From Coniocarpon cinnabarinum (lineage: Eukaryota): a stretch of DNA of 57,963 nucleotides. The DNA lies in assembly GCA_051942205.1 (NCBI GenBank), contig JAVECO010000060.1:62001-119963 (forward strand), in the 5' to 3' direction. The notes under the pieces were generated by a model. That model made no database searches and was not told where the DNA came from. It saw nothing but the letters and a program-made list of their open reading frames with translations. This document shows positions 13,165 to 26,387 of the stretch, in pieces (position 1 is the stretch's first letter; every line of letters starts with the position of its first letter). The translations under genes and the position numbers were made by a program.

Positions 13165-14603
13165 ATGGACACAGAGCCAGATGCCTTCGTCAATCGGGAC
13201 GACCCAATACCCATCTTGAAAATTGACAAACCTGACCCTGAAGGACAGTCGTCGCCGCATAGAGCTCACCGCAGCCCATCACCGCAGCGATCCAAACATG
13301 TCGCGCAGAAGGAAGCTTCTACATCCATGCATGATCGCATCTTTGCGACCATGTTTGAGCAAATCTTTCCCATTCCGTCTGACAAGCAAGAGCCTCCTAA
13401 GCCCGACCGCCGCTCCCGCAAGTATCTCGACCGTCCCAACTTCTCCGTGGGTCGCATGTCGAAGAACTTCCGAACCTTCAACGCGAGGTGCGAGATCCGT
13501 TCAGGCACAGCATCTCCGCTAACTAACATGTGAATCGTAGAATCGGTATTGTATTCGTGTTTCAGAATCGGCTCATCAGATTGTTCTCTTGGCGAGATCC
13601 CACCCACACTTTGTCCTTCCTCGCAGCGTACAGTTTCTGCTGTCTTGACCCAAGCCTTTTGGCTGTCTTGCCACTAGCCGTGTGCCTCTTCTTTATCATG
13701 GTTCCAGCCTACATCACTAGACACCCTCCACCTCCAGGGGCTACCCCTAACGACGCCTTCTCCATCAGAGGCCCCGCCACTGCCGTTCCACGCGGGGTGA
13801 AGCCTGCCCCAGAGATGAGCAAGGATTTCTTCCGTAACATGCGGGACCTGCAGAATAGCATGGAAGACTTCTCGCTGATTCACGACCGATTAGTATCATT
13901 CATTGGTCCTTTGACAAACTTCGCGGACGAGTCGCTGTCATCACTCGTGTTCCTGATCTTCTTCTTCACGTCCTGTTTGTTGTTCTTGTTTTCGAGTCTT
14001 GTGCCATGGCGAGCGGCGTTTCTTGCGGGTGGCTGGGGCTTGATAGGCTCCCTGCATCCTATCACGGGAAGATTGTTGGCTTCGCTAAAGCATGAGGAAC
14101 TCAGAGCTCGGAGCATCAGTGCGGGCAAGCAATCGTGGTCATGGGCTAGGCAGGACATCGTCATGGATGAAGCTCCAGAGATTCGAGAGGTGGAGGCATT
14201 CGAGCTTCAAAGGCATCGACCAGGTACTGAATGGGAGCCTTGGCTATACTCGACGTTGCCATACACGCCGTTGTCGCCACGCCGCGTCGCAGGCGAAAGG
14301 CCTCAGGGCGTGCGCTTCTTCGAGGATGTACAGGCACCGCAAGGCTGGGAGTGGAGAGATAAGAAGTGGACGCTAGACTTGTCGAGCAAGGAATGGGTAG
14401 AGGAGCGGATGATCACCGCGGTCGAAATCGAAACAGAGGGTGAACGATGGGTGTACGACATCAGCGCGTCCGACTCCTCGGGAGATGATCCAGGCTATCA
14501 GCAGGGCATGCAGGATCGGGAAGAAACGACAACAATGGGTGCCAAAGGTGAATGGCGACGAAGAAGGTGGGTACGACTGGTGCAACGGAAGTTGGTTGAG
14601 TGA
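13165..14603 (+). CDS. PEX29: Integral peroxisomal/ER membrane peroxin, Pex28/Pex29 (Pex24) family
   Basis: Intron 13488..13540 joins NFRTFNAR|IGIVFVFQ. Hydrophobic hairpins, FFRNMRDLQNSM, and dysferlin-like Trp motifs (PQGWEW..KWTLD, WRRRRWVR). Confidence 0.85.
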
Positions 14604-14894
14604 GGCTTGGATTGTGAGCTCGGCCAATTGGTGTTTCCTCTCGCATCCAATGCTCGCATACAGTTCCTGCAATTATCTAGGCTGGCAAGAAGAGGTGATT
14701 ATGTCAACATTATTCCACGGTCACGCAAGTCGTATCTTCCCGACATCAAAAAAGCAGGAGCGGAGACACGTGATCTTCACACATGTTGCCGTCACCGACA
14801 TTTGCAGTCCACTTGATGCCAGCGTCTGCCTGGTCCATTCAAAGACGTCTTATTGTATGCGTGGTTCTTTCTATCTTCGAGACACAATTTAACG

Positions 14895-17173
14895 ATGAAC
14901 TGGACCGGTGGCAAGCTACAACAGCACTCTCGAAAGAACAAGTCCTCAGTCCTGCAACAACAAAAGCAGCATTTTGCTAGAGTTCGTCAGCAACTTCAAG
15001 AGCCTCATCGTCCTCCATCTGCATTCAAGCCTGCTTTCCTTGGATCTGACGACATGTCTCCGCAGCGTCAGAGCAGGCTGCACGAATTCAAGTCCACTGC
15101 ACCTCTTGCAAAAAGGCTAGAATCTTTGAGCGCTCGCAACGAAAGGTCAAGCAGCAGAGTGTCAAGACCTAGGGGCGTGCCTGAAGATGGCGACATTGCT
15201 CGGATGCTACCTCCCAGACATCACGTTGTCAGAGCAAGAAAACATGGTGGTGCAAACGCATCAGCAGCCGCCGGGGCAGGATGTTCCGGTTTGAAAAGCT
15301 CCTCAGCTGATAATGATGACCTTGAATCGGCTCGTTGTCGTCTTTTGAAGGACCCTGACTGGTTGAATCTCAGGGTGAGTTGGACCTTACTTGACACACC
15401 CGCGCATGCTTCTCGTTTGCGCAGCGTCTTTTCTGACGAACGAAAACCTAGTCTGACAAAATTCACGCAGACGCACAAACCTGTAAGCATGAAGTTCGTG
15501 TCCACTCAAGATCGAGATCAGTTTGGAAGACGTCACAAGGTTGATCGGTCGGCCCATCATCAACAACACGAGAGTGATGGGCGTCGACTCCGCGTACCAT
15601 CCATTCGAAATGACCTCGCGTTCCCAATTCAACGTGATGACGAAGTTTTCGATGCAGGCTCGCTCAAAATTAAGATTGGAGATGAGGCCCTGTCGAGCAT
15701 GTGGAATACTGATATCAATACCTATAGAGCAAATGTAGGGGATGAGGTCGAAGAAGATGACTTCTACGGTAATGTACAAGTTGGTACGCCCCACAGAAAC
15801 CGACACACATCTTGGGAGAGTCAGGACATGCTTGATACTTCCTCTTTCCACGGCTTCTCAGACCAATCCAGCCATTTAAGAAGCAGGCTTAGAAAGCTGG
15901 ATTCCGAGCTGAGCCCATTTGCCTCACCAGCGGCGGGTGTCCCGTTTGAATCAGAGCCCGTGAGTCCAAAACGAAAAAGCCTCGTAGCGTGTTCTTTGTA
16001 TCTTTGTGCACCAGGATCACTGTTTTCGTTGACCTGACAAGATTTTTGAGCAACGTTGGTAATGTCAACATAAACTGACTCAGTCCCTAGGCTGATGAGG
16101 TGGCATGCGGTCGCCTTATTTTCTCGTCATCATGTCCAGCGACCCCGCCAGCCCTAGATGCTCAAAGCAATGTCGCCGTTGCAAGCATTCCTCCACGAGC
16201 TCTGACCGCACTGAGTAGGGACACCCATCCTGAAACAGTTGGAAATCAAAAAGCACCCGGCTCAAGTCGCTCTTTGGCGGCGGAGGAGCACTGTACAGAG
16301 TTAGCTTCGAATACTCGCAACGACCCAATGATTATCTCTTCCAGTTCAAGCTCAACAAGCGCTCGAAGAACTGAAGAACGCGAGCCTGAAGCTGGTCATT
16401 GCTTTGCAAAAACCAATTCTGCTCAGCCAACTGCGTCGCCATCTACATCTTACAGGCAATTAATGACGCTGGCAGCATTGCCACGCGCCGACAATCATAC
16501 TCCAGCAGATAGGCATCCTGCTCAGCCTGCTCTGTCTGAGTCAGAGGCTATGTGGAGAGCTTTTGTGTTTGGAAGCATATCTCCGAGCCGAGTATCGACG
16601 GCTGAATCTGTTGCTGACACCAGCGCTGACCCTCTGTGTGGTCCGTTCAAGAGCACAGGAACTAAGCTCAGAGGCGTGTGTTCAGGCTCATCGCTTGAAG
16701 CACGTGCGTCTACAAGTCTTGCTACCGACACCAAGGATGACTCAAGCTTGATTAGCAAGGATTCGGCGCTGCAGGACGATTGCAATCAAGAAGCCAGGAC
16801 AGACGTTGTAACCCAACTTGCTGGTGACATGTCTCCGTCTCCAAAAGCTTCCTCAACAAATTTCCCTAGCGATGGTGACACCAAGCATGCGCTACTAACG
16901 CGACACGCTCTACAAACAGTGCAACAAAGCTCGTCTCCAGACCCTTTGTCGGGTCCGACACCCAGTGTCATCCGCAAGATAACCTTTTCGCCTCCAAAAC
17001 GGTTTACCGCGCCGGCAACCGCTACGACTGTTGATACAGGCAGGGATGTTGTACATCTTGGCAAGAGGACCAGGTCTGTGTCAAGACTTTCGCGCAACAA
17101 AAAGCGGAACAGACATAAGATGGATGATCAAACAAGCACACAGGATGAGGTTGAAGATGAGTTACAACACTGA
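14895..17173 (+). CDS. Mostly disordered protein with MNWTGG N-terminal motif; candidate HEIP1/REDIC1-like meiotic crossover factor
   Basis: Exons 14895..15374, 15471..15959 and 16091..17173, with GTGAGT donors and CTGAC branch points; frame is kept. N-terminus MNWTGGKLQQHS...QQQKQHFARVR. Confidence 0.65.
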
Positions 17174-17491
17174 AGTAGACGCCAATCCTAATGAAGACAT
17201 GCAACGGCTTGTCATCGAGGACAGAACAACAATAACAGATATGCTGGTCTTTTCTTGTGGCTTATGTACCGCTGGGTCTTACCGGTCTCTGCACTCACGA
17301 TGAGCCATTGGCTACTGCTGTCAACCCTACGAGCGAGCGCCTGATTTCTTCAACGTCAAAAGCGACCATTATAGACCACATACCGGACCTCAACCATGCT
17401 CGCCAACAAAGCATTTTCGACGATCTCAACTCTGTAACCAGCAACTGTGACCACTGAATTTCAACTATCTAGCTTCTTTAAGAAGGTAAGG

Positions 17492-17695
17492 TTAGCTTAC
17501 TGTACAGTCTTTGATATTCCTTATAACGCTGAGCAAACTTACTGTCGTCGGTGCCGGGTCCAAAGTCTTCGTGACAGGTTGACCCTTCTCCCACGTGATT
17601 TTAACGCCATGTGTCCACGTCGTCGTCTCGGGATCATCTGCCGTCACTCGCATTGTCGCAGCTATGAAAAAGGTGAGGAGAGTGATGTAGTGCAT
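17492..17695 (-). CDS. Small secreted Thr-rich peptide (3' end uncertain; probable intron after ...APTT)
   Basis: Signal peptide-like MHYITLLTFFIAATMRVTA; GTAAGT donor and GCTAAC branch point downstream. Confidence 0.5.
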   Translation of the reverse strand: MHYITLLTFFIAATMRVTADDPETTTWTHGVKITWEKGQPVTKTLDPAPTTVSLLSVIRNIKDCTVS

Positions 17696-18213
17696 GGCTG
17701 TCTAAACCGCGGGATAGATACGTTGCGTGACGAAATGAGGGCAGCGTTCAAGTGTCTTTGTGTCTAAATAGTGTGAGGTAAGCGGTTGTTTTTTCTGTTA
17801 TATGAAAAAATTTGTAGCGCTTACCTGGGGATTATCCTGTTTATCCTGTTGTTTTCTTTGTTTGCCTTGTCTTGTCGCGCCGTTTCGTCGCGGTTCTTTG
17901 AGCGATGATATGCAGCGACACTCAACGCTTCCGAATGGCATTGCTTTTGCGCGGGAGTGCTTCTAAGCGAAATGGTAATGCACACAAGGGGCTTCAGCCT
18001 GTCCCAAGGCTTCAAATGAAAACATCAGTGTCGTATACATCATTGCTCTTGATATATTATTTATTTCACAGACTCCTAACTGCATCTCTCCAACGACAAC
18101 CTTCCACAGTATCCTCCACTTTCTCTCTCCCACCCACTGCCCCTCCATTCCTCTTCCCATCCGCCCTCTCTACACACCCTCCATCCTACAAGACCCTACT
18201 CTCGTCAACCTGA

Positions 18214-18546
18214 CTAAGCCTCCGAGATATGATACAGCTTCTCCAGCGACCCCCCAAAAGTCGTCTTCCGCGTCTCCGAAGTCAACTTCCCACTAATTGT
18301 TTGAGTCCGGGACCACGAGTAGACCTTCGCCGGCTCCGAATAGTCCATCTCGTAGATGCGCTCCGTCCGGGTCGCCGTGGTGAAGGGACCGGTGCCGTAG
18401 GCTTGGCCTTTTGTTTTGGGTTGGTAGGTGTTTGTCTTGGTGCTGAGCCAGTTTTTGGTGGTTAGGAAGCTTGTTTGGGCTTGGACTTGGGTTTGGGCTT
18501 GCAGGGTGAGGACTGCGAGAGGGAGGAAGAGGGATGGGAGATGCAT
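18214..18546 (-). CDS. Small secreted protein, 110 aa, Cys-free, Thr/Lys-rich
   Basis: Signal peptide MHLPSLFLPLAVLTLQAQTQVQA; aligns over its length with the neighbour at 18945..19352. Confidence 0.8.
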   Translation of the reverse strand: MHLPSLFLPLAVLTLQAQTQVQAQTSFLTTKNWLSTKTNTYQPKTKGQAYGTGPFTTATRTERIYEMDYSEPAKVYSWSRTQTISGKLTSETRKTTFGGSLEKLYHISEA

Positions 18547-18944
18547 TTTGTTCTTGTTTGGGTGGGATGGTGTATGGTGGATGCTGATAGAGTATAGTAA
18601 GGTAGAGGTTGGGTCTGGGCTTGTGAAGTGAAATATGAGAGATGAGATTTCTGATGGGGGAAAGCTGTGGGTGGTTTGGAAGGAGGGAGATAGAAAGTAA
18701 GGGATTCACGGTCCTTTGAGATGGAGGTCTTTGTCTACAGCAGCGCGGATGCCGCATTTCATGCCTTGTCTATGCGTGCTTCTGCGGAGTCACCCGTGTC
18801 GAAACCGGTAATTGCAATTGCCACCAGGCTGACTGCAATGACCTTCAGCTACGTACGGTTAAGTACGCGTAGTCGACCATACTCATCAATTCCAGACAAC
18901 TCCCATCCAATACGCCTCAGCTACATTCCATCCATCACACGGTC

Positions 18945-19352
18945 CTAAGGCTTAGTAGTAGGAGCCTTAGTAGCATGAGCCCTCGTAGTCGGAACATCAG
19001 TCCGATTCCAACTCATCGTAGTCGGCATCCCATGAACCGCCTGCTCCACCGTCCCCCCAATCGTCGACGTATAGATCGTCGCGTGCGCCTTCCCATCCTT
19101 CGATTCCGTCCGCGTCCACGTCAACACCTCCGCCGGGTACGAATAGTCTTCCTCTTCGTACCGCATGGTCGTCGTCATGGTGGCGACGGGACCAGTCGTG
19201 TAGTCGCGATACGGCTCCCCCGCCGTCGTCTTGTGGTATGTTTCTGTTTGGGTGGAGATCCAGTCTTTGGTTGTGAGGGTTGTACCTTCTGAGGCGTGTG
19301 TGTGAAAGGGGAGAGTCGCGAGAGCGAGGATGACGGCGGCGATGGGTTGCAT
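18945..19352 (-). CDS. Small secreted protein, 135 aa, Cys-free, Thr-rich (paralog of the previous gene)
   Basis: Signal peptide MQPIAAVILALATLPFHTHA; shared motifs LTTKxWxSTxTxTY, TGP, DYSxPAxVxxWxRT, TxGGxxE. Confidence 0.8.
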   Translation of the reverse strand: MQPIAAVILALATLPFHTHASEGTTLTTKDWISTQTETYHKTTAGEPYRDYTTGPVATMTTTMRYEEEDYSYPAEVLTWTRTESKDGKAHATIYTSTIGGTVEQAVHGMPTTMSWNRTDVPTTRAHATKAPTTKP

Positions 19353-20424
19353 GCTTGATGTTTATAATTGGGATTGGAGATTGGAGAATGTCAGGACTGA
19401 GATTGCGAGAAATTACGTGAGTTTGGGAATCAAGTCGTAAATGGAATGAAAGGGAGGATTAAATAGCCCATGAAAATGGGCTCTTTGTGCCACTCATTCC
19501 CCGTAAGGCCAGAGACTTTTTGTCCACCGGCTTATTAAACCGCGACTGCGCAGATAAATCCGTATTGAATCGACCCAAAGAAAGGTGGTCGCCAGGTTTG
19601 CCATAAAGTGCGGCTACGCACGATCGGCTATGAGTGGGCATTCACGGCAAGCGCGAATGGAAGTTAGCAGCGCGCCGACGTCAAAAGGCGGAGAAATAAG
19701 ATACAAAGAAAAGGGCAAAGTTGATGAAACAAAGGCATGAAGATCATGGCGACGTTGTTTCATTGGATTGATTCGGGTGCTTCCGTGTTTAAGCGATAGC
19801 GTCGAGCTTGGATCTGAGGAGGCTGATGAATACGGATTTGCTGGTGCAAGAGCATCGAGCCGGCTACGATACGTTGGTAGCTGAGAATGAAGCCGGCGAG
19901 CGTCTGAACTTCGATTGTAGCGGAATCTGAATAGATGTTTGTTTCTGGCTCTGAGTTTGTTGCGAACGAGCAGACTTTTCTTTGCCGTTCTCTTCTATGT
20001 GTCGCCCGTTGAGTCTAGTAATGGAGTTGAGTAAAGAATAGCAGTGTGGTTACTCTTGGCATGTAGTCAAGGATAGAATAAGTCATGCAGCATAGTATTC
20101 AATATTACTCAGGGGAAGCATCGCGGTGCGGAAACAGTGGCATTGAGTGTTTTATCTTTTAATCGCAATGGACTCGGAACGGCGTGTCGCAAGGCGATCA
20201 TGTTGAGTGCTCTGTTTTTGACAAGCAGAGCGATGAGCAAGCTTCACTTTGGACGTTGAGTTCTACAACGACCAACTGTTGTTTAGCACGGAGCCTGTAA
20301 CTCGTTCAGTTGCCGAGCACACTCGTAATTCTGGTGCACAGTTCATTGATCATGATCTAATACGTACACTGTTAAGTATGTACCACCGTGAGTCCGAAAT
20401 CATGTACACGTACAAGTGCGTGCT

Positions 20425-22179
20425 CTAGTGCTGGCTCCACTCAATAGTCTTCAAATCAACACCCTCCTGCACCAACTCCCAAAGCGGACTGAGCTCACGC
20501 AGGAAAGTGACTCGTTCTCTCACAGCTTTCAGCACGTAGTCGACCTCGTCCTCGGTGGTGAAGCGACCAATGCCGAATCGTATGCTGCTATGCGCACTCT
20601 CGTCGCTGTTGCCAAGAGCACGCAGAACGTATGATGGTTCCAATGACGCGGAAGTGCATGCAGAGCCGGATGATAATGCGATGTCTTTGAGCGCCATAAG
20701 CAGCGATTCACCTTCGACATAGGCGAATGATACGTTGACGCAGCCGGGATAGTGACGAGTCTGATCGCCGTTGAGTGTGGCGTGTTCAAGAGACATCAAC
20801 CCGGACATGAGTCGGTTGGAGAGATATGAGATTCGCTGATGGTCGTACTGTGGTATCTTGTCAGCAAAAGCTAGCAAGATCAGAGATATGGTGAGGATGA
20901 TAGCACAAATGGACATCAGTAACTCTGCTGTAATGCAACAACAAACTACGGAAAACTAGCAAGCTAGTCATGCTTCCCAAGCCTTTCAGAAAGCCATGCA
21001 TGTTTTATAGCGAATCATCACCGGAATAGTTTGAAAAAGTGGTTCAGAATGACATACCTCCATTTCTTGCAAGCAAAGTCGTGCAGCCTCGCCCATACCT
21101 ATCGCCAGCGGCGGAGCCAAGGTTCCGCTCCTCAAGCCTCTTTCTTGTCCGCCACCGCTGATGATGGGATCCAATCGCACCCGCGGTCGTCGTCGGACAT
21201 AACATGCTCCGATGCCCTTGGGCCCATAGAGCTTGTGTCCAGATATTGACATCAAATCAACGTTCATTTGATTCACGTCGAGTGGGATCTTGCCAACTGC
21301 TTGCGCGGCATCAGTGTGGAAGAATACTTTCTTGCTCCTGCATAATCGTCCAATTTCTTCCATTGGCTGTACAACGCCAATCTCGTTGTTCACTGTCATG
21401 ATGCTGACCAAGGCTGTCTCCGGTCGCATAGCTTTCTCAAGCTCCTCCAGATCCACCAGTCCATTATTGCCGACTGGCAAATAAGTGACTTCGAAACCCT
21501 CGTCTTGCAAATGGCGACAAGAATCGAGCACACACTTGTGTTCGGTCTGGCAAGTAATGATATGTCGTTTCTTTCCCCCTCGGCCAAAGAATCTTGCAAC
21601 GCCTTTGATGCTCATGTTGTTGCTCTCGGTGGCACCAGACGTGAATATGATCTCCTTTGGGTCCGCACCAATCAGATTCGCAATGTGTTCTCGTGCCTGC
21701 TCGACCGATTTCTCCGTCTCCCATCCATAAGCGTGTGTTCGACTATGTGGATTCCCATAGAGCCCAGTCAGAAACGGGAGCATTGCATCCAGAACGCGAG
21801 GGTCAACAGGGGTCGTCGCTTGCATGTCCAGATAAATGGGTCTTGTGCCTTCGTCCATCACCGTGGCCTGTTTGAGCACGCCGGCAGCTGGAGACATCAT
21901 TGCATCTGCAGGCATCCCAGTGGCGGGCATCTGTACATCTTGAGGCTTTTGACCGGTCTGGCCCAAAAAGGCCTTTTGATCAGCTTTGATGGCGGTGTCG
22001 ACATTCACGGTGGCGCTTTCGGGCTTCGTGGGTGAAACATAATGTCGTTGCTGATTCCGAGACTGATGCAGACACACTCGTGCGCCGTAGTTGTTTGAGG
22101 CGCCTTTGGCGGCGTTTATATTGCGCCTGCAGCAAAGTCGCGCAGCATTGCGGAATGCATGGGGCGCTAGCGTAGCCAT
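20425..22179 (-). CDS. NFS1: Mitochondrial cysteine desulfurase
   Basis: [32 protein letters not shown] lysine SGHK, catalytic SSGSACTS, C-terminal IEWSQH. Intron 20848..21057. Arg-rich presequence. Confidence 0.97.
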
Positions 22180-22646
22180 TCCGAAACTACAATTGTTCTA
22201 TTGCGGCTCCAATAATGTAAATATCGAGGCCTGAAGATAAGAGGCGTGAGAGGTAAAGACGTGACGCATCTTAAGACGCATTGCCACTGGAAGATGTCTA
22301 TATAGGAATTCCTAATGCGGCAGAATCCAGATAGCTCTTCATCCTCCCGTCTCGTGCGAGATATTTATGCTCGGCCTATGATAGGATAAAGACTAACACA
22401 ATCACACAATCACTCGCAGCCACTCGATGATTTGTTCCGATCAGACCTACGCAGCTAGCAAGAGTTGAACAACGGACAAACAAGAGCCTGAAGAGAATCA
22501 GATAAGTTTGGTGAGCATGATGCTCTTGATTTCGAATCATCGCTATCAGCCAATGGGGGTATCTCGCGCTTTTTGTAATGCCCTGTTAACCGTCTCCAAT
22601 GCCAGGTAGACCGCACTGCTACCTCTTCACACACAGCGAAAGCACA

Positions 22647-25600
22647 TCAGATTGGAGTGCTATCTCTTCTCATCTTCTCACTCTCATCGCCCCACCTCTT
22701 TACGGTGGCTTCGAGTCCGACGTCAAGCACACTCTCTCGAATCTCATCTCCTCCGAGTTGCTCCAAGCGTTTCCTTAATGCCTGAAGATACTCGGGTTCC
22801 GCTGGATCACGGGAGCTAGTCTTGTGAAGGAAATCGTCAGTTCCTCGGGGAGGCAGAACGTCACGTCGTATCTTTTGCCCGAATCTATGCATCTGTCCTT
22901 CTTCTTGCGTCTGGGCTCTGGCGGCAATACTTGCGACCGAGGCGCGCCGAGAGTCGAATGGCACTTCACCACTTGCTTCAGCATTTTGTATGGCGACCAG
23001 TTGGCTGATGTCGATTGATTTGGGTCGGGTATGTCCAAGCATGCCGGTGGATCCGCTCGTTTCACTCCCGGCGGCGTTCGCACTGGCGTTAGAGTCGGTT
23101 CGCGAGCGTGTAGAGGGTTGATCGTCAACATTGTCCAAAACTTCTTCATCGGCGGCTGGCTCGACAGCCTCAGAACCTGGTTCTTGTCCCGTCTCAAACG
23201 TTGGGCCAGCCGACTGGGGGCGTGTAGAATGCAATGCCGGACTGCAAAAGGTGAATGGAATTGGTGTGAGAGTAGTCGGAGCTTGCGTGATACAACAGTC
23301 AGGATACTCAGATTCGAATCGCGAGATCATTGACCGAAGGGTATGATCGAGAAATTGTAGACGGCCTGCGCAGGAGTCAGTGAACTTCACATTTTGATAA
23401 TCAAGAATACAGAGCACTTACGCTGCATGAATTCATCCTCATTATTTCCTTCCGCCTCCTTCCGCATCATGACCTGAAGCCTGCAGCGAATCTTTCTCGC
23501 GCTTCCCAACATGGTCTTGATCATGTTGCGCGACTGAGCTTTATTGGTTTCTTGCTGCTCAGAGCTTTGTGTGGGAGTCCCTTGGCCAGACGACTTCCGC
23601 AGGTCTGCAGATTTCTGGCTGAGGACATAGCTCAGAGCTTTAACTACTCCAGTGCCCCCGACGAGATAGTCCTGGTTCGGGCCGACTGGGGTGTCTGTTG
23701 GAACATCAGAAATGTTCGGGTCGACGTCGTGACCAACAAGATGAGCCAGCACATCAGGTATCACGACTTCCTTCGCCGGATCGACCTGATCAGGAAGAAT
23801 GCTGTAAGGGTCGCTTGCTCCGACCGCATCTACTGCAGTGAAACGATCAATGTTGCGAAACAAGTAAGCATCAATGGTTTTCCCAAGAGATTGGATCACC
23901 TCGTTCGTCTCGCTTGATGGAAGGTGCATATCTATTGCCAGCAATGTCTTAGAAAGTCTTGCTGCCCACATCAGAGAGGCGTAGTAAGCACACGAGTCTT
24001 CTTGCGTAGACTGGTCTGTGGCAGTTGCCAATTTATTCAACTCCGGATTCTCGAGAAAACTGACATGGTTGATGTTGCGTATCTCAGGTACAATCTCCGC
24101 AATGCCAATCGCTTGTTCTGGCAGCATGGCAGTGTCTGTCAGATGGATACGTCGCAAGGCTTTGAGCTGGGGCAGATATCTCCTTAGAGTTGCTAGTGCG
24201 TTTGGAGTCGTAGAGAAGAGCTCGCGATTGTGAGACAAGTCCAAGAATCGAAAATCTTTCGCCGGCAACAATGCGGGCATGAACCGTGCCAAAGTCGGAG
24301 GGTCAAGGTTGCAGTCAGCAAGGCTGAGCGCCATGAGTGAGGACTCGGACGTCAGCGCCTCCGTCAGGAGAACTGCTGCATCTCGCAAATCGTTGCCACC
24401 AATGTCAAGCCCTTTGCAGGTGCTCGTCTGAAGATATTTCGCCACCTTTGCGATGGCCTCGTGGTCAAGTTGGTTGTTGGCTAAGCCTAGGCGAGTGACG
24501 CTGCTTTCACATACAGCATCGATGATCTTTGCTACAGTGTACGTGTTCAAGCCACATTGAGACATGATGAGCTCCTCGAGTTTAGACTCATTCGACCGGC
24601 GAGAAAGTGACTCAAACAGCACATGAGCAATGTCGCCGGGATTAGAAGTGGGCTTCTCTGGTGACTCTCGAGCTCCTTGTGCCATGACCGCAGATTGAGA
24701 GGCTGGAAATGGTGTGAGGGCCAGGTCAAGAGCTTTAAGAGAGTGACAAAGGTTGAGAAACAGGCAGATGTGTCTCCATCCTTCGCTGGTGATCTTGCTG
24801 TTCAGTCGCACACTCAACTTCTCGATGACACCACCGGTTCTTGAGGACGTCCGGCGCTGGCCGTCTGGCGTTGAAATCGATCTCGTGTGCTTGCGCTTTG
24901 CCAACTCTGGCGGCTTTGCAGCCAATAAACCGGCCAGAATGATCCGGAGACCCTCGTCCGTCAAGTTTGCATTGTCTAGCTGGAGTCGCCTGACAGGTAC
25001 GATTGCCAACCAGTCACCTAAACAAGCCATGTCGGCAAGCTGAAGCCTCGACCCGTTGAGATCGAGGTTGTCAACAATGCCTGTCTTCTCCACTTCAGGT
25101 TTTGCTTTGCCGAGTTGTTCACTGATGCGCTTCAGGACCGGCGCTTCCCGCAGTTGACAACAACGCCTGTACATGCGGAGGGGATCAGTGGTCGGCTTAT
25201 CATGCGACTTGGCGGGAACATTGGGATCTTCAGGTGTCTGGGACTGGCCCGACTGCGGGGACGTGGGTGACGTTGGAGAGAGAGGGCCATGGATGGAATT
25301 CCTTGTCGACTCAGACTCCCTCCGCTTCCTCTCCTTCTTCTCATGCCGCCTTTGTCGGGCTGCTTCTTGCTCTTGCTTCTTGGCAGCCGCAAGCAACTCG
25401 CCCTCAAAGATATCATCCACACTCCCGCGTGAATTAGAGCGCTGTGTGTCGTCTTCGGAAAAGTATTGCTGATTGAGCCTATCATCAAACGCGCGAGGAC
25501 GCTTCAGGGCTTCCCCTTCACTGCGAGCCTGCAATTTCTTGTCCTTTGCTTGGGTCGCAGCATCAACAGTCTCTTCTGTCTCAGCATACCTCGAGACGCC

Positions 25601-26387
25601 GACGACCTCTACGTCGACGCTGAAGGCCACTCGCCGTAGCTTCTTTTGATCAAGCTCTTTGATCGTAGTGCGCTCACGATTCTTATCCACGTTGAGGACT
25701 CTGCGAGGACACGTGTGACCTTGCAATGCTGCTTGATTCGGCCGTCCTTGCTGTGAGCTCGAAGAAAGCCGCCGAAGAGCACTTGATAGAAAGTTGCTGG
25801 TCTTGGGCTGCTGCGGTACATACGGCGCAACATCCTCGACTTCTTCAGCGCCGTCGGAAACATTGACTGCAGATGACTCCTTTGACGATGATGTTTGCAG
25901 AGGCGCAGCGCCATTTGGCTTGGAGCTGCTATTGGAACCCGGCCCCGAGGTCGTTGGGGTTACATTCGTCTGTGAAGAGGAAAACCTTGAAGAGAGGCTC
26001 GAAATCCACCCGGGGCGTTTCGAAGACTTGGACTCGTCGGAGCCAGATGTCACACTTGCTGACAGCTTATCCAGACTTGTGCGACGTAGAAGGCCCTTCT
26101 TGGCCGACTTTGAAGGCGTGGCATTGGAACTGGAAGCGGAGGCTGGTGGGCTTCCTACAGAAAGCGGCTGCACTACGACATCATGCTGCTTGTTGGTCTC
26201 AGGCCTGAGCTCGGATGGGGGAGAGGCTGGCTGTTGGAGCTTGGGTGATGCTTTCTTGGCTTTCAAGAGGTCTGCCGGGGCGTTAGGCACGAATGGAGTC
26301 TCTGAGCACAGATGACGATAGCGCACCTTTGTTGGAGCCGTTGTGATGAAGCCAGCTCACGTCGACACCATGATGGACACCGTTCAT
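22647..26387 (-). CDS. MHP1: RNI-like leucine-rich-repeat protein, Mhp1/Gip3-like
   Basis: Exon 1 26327..26387 (MNGVHHGVDVSWLHH); introns 26272..26326 and 23366..23421. LRRVAFSVDVEV, MYRRCCQLRE, LRR units (LxxLxLxxNxL), C-terminal EEGQMHRFGQ. Confidence 0.8.
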
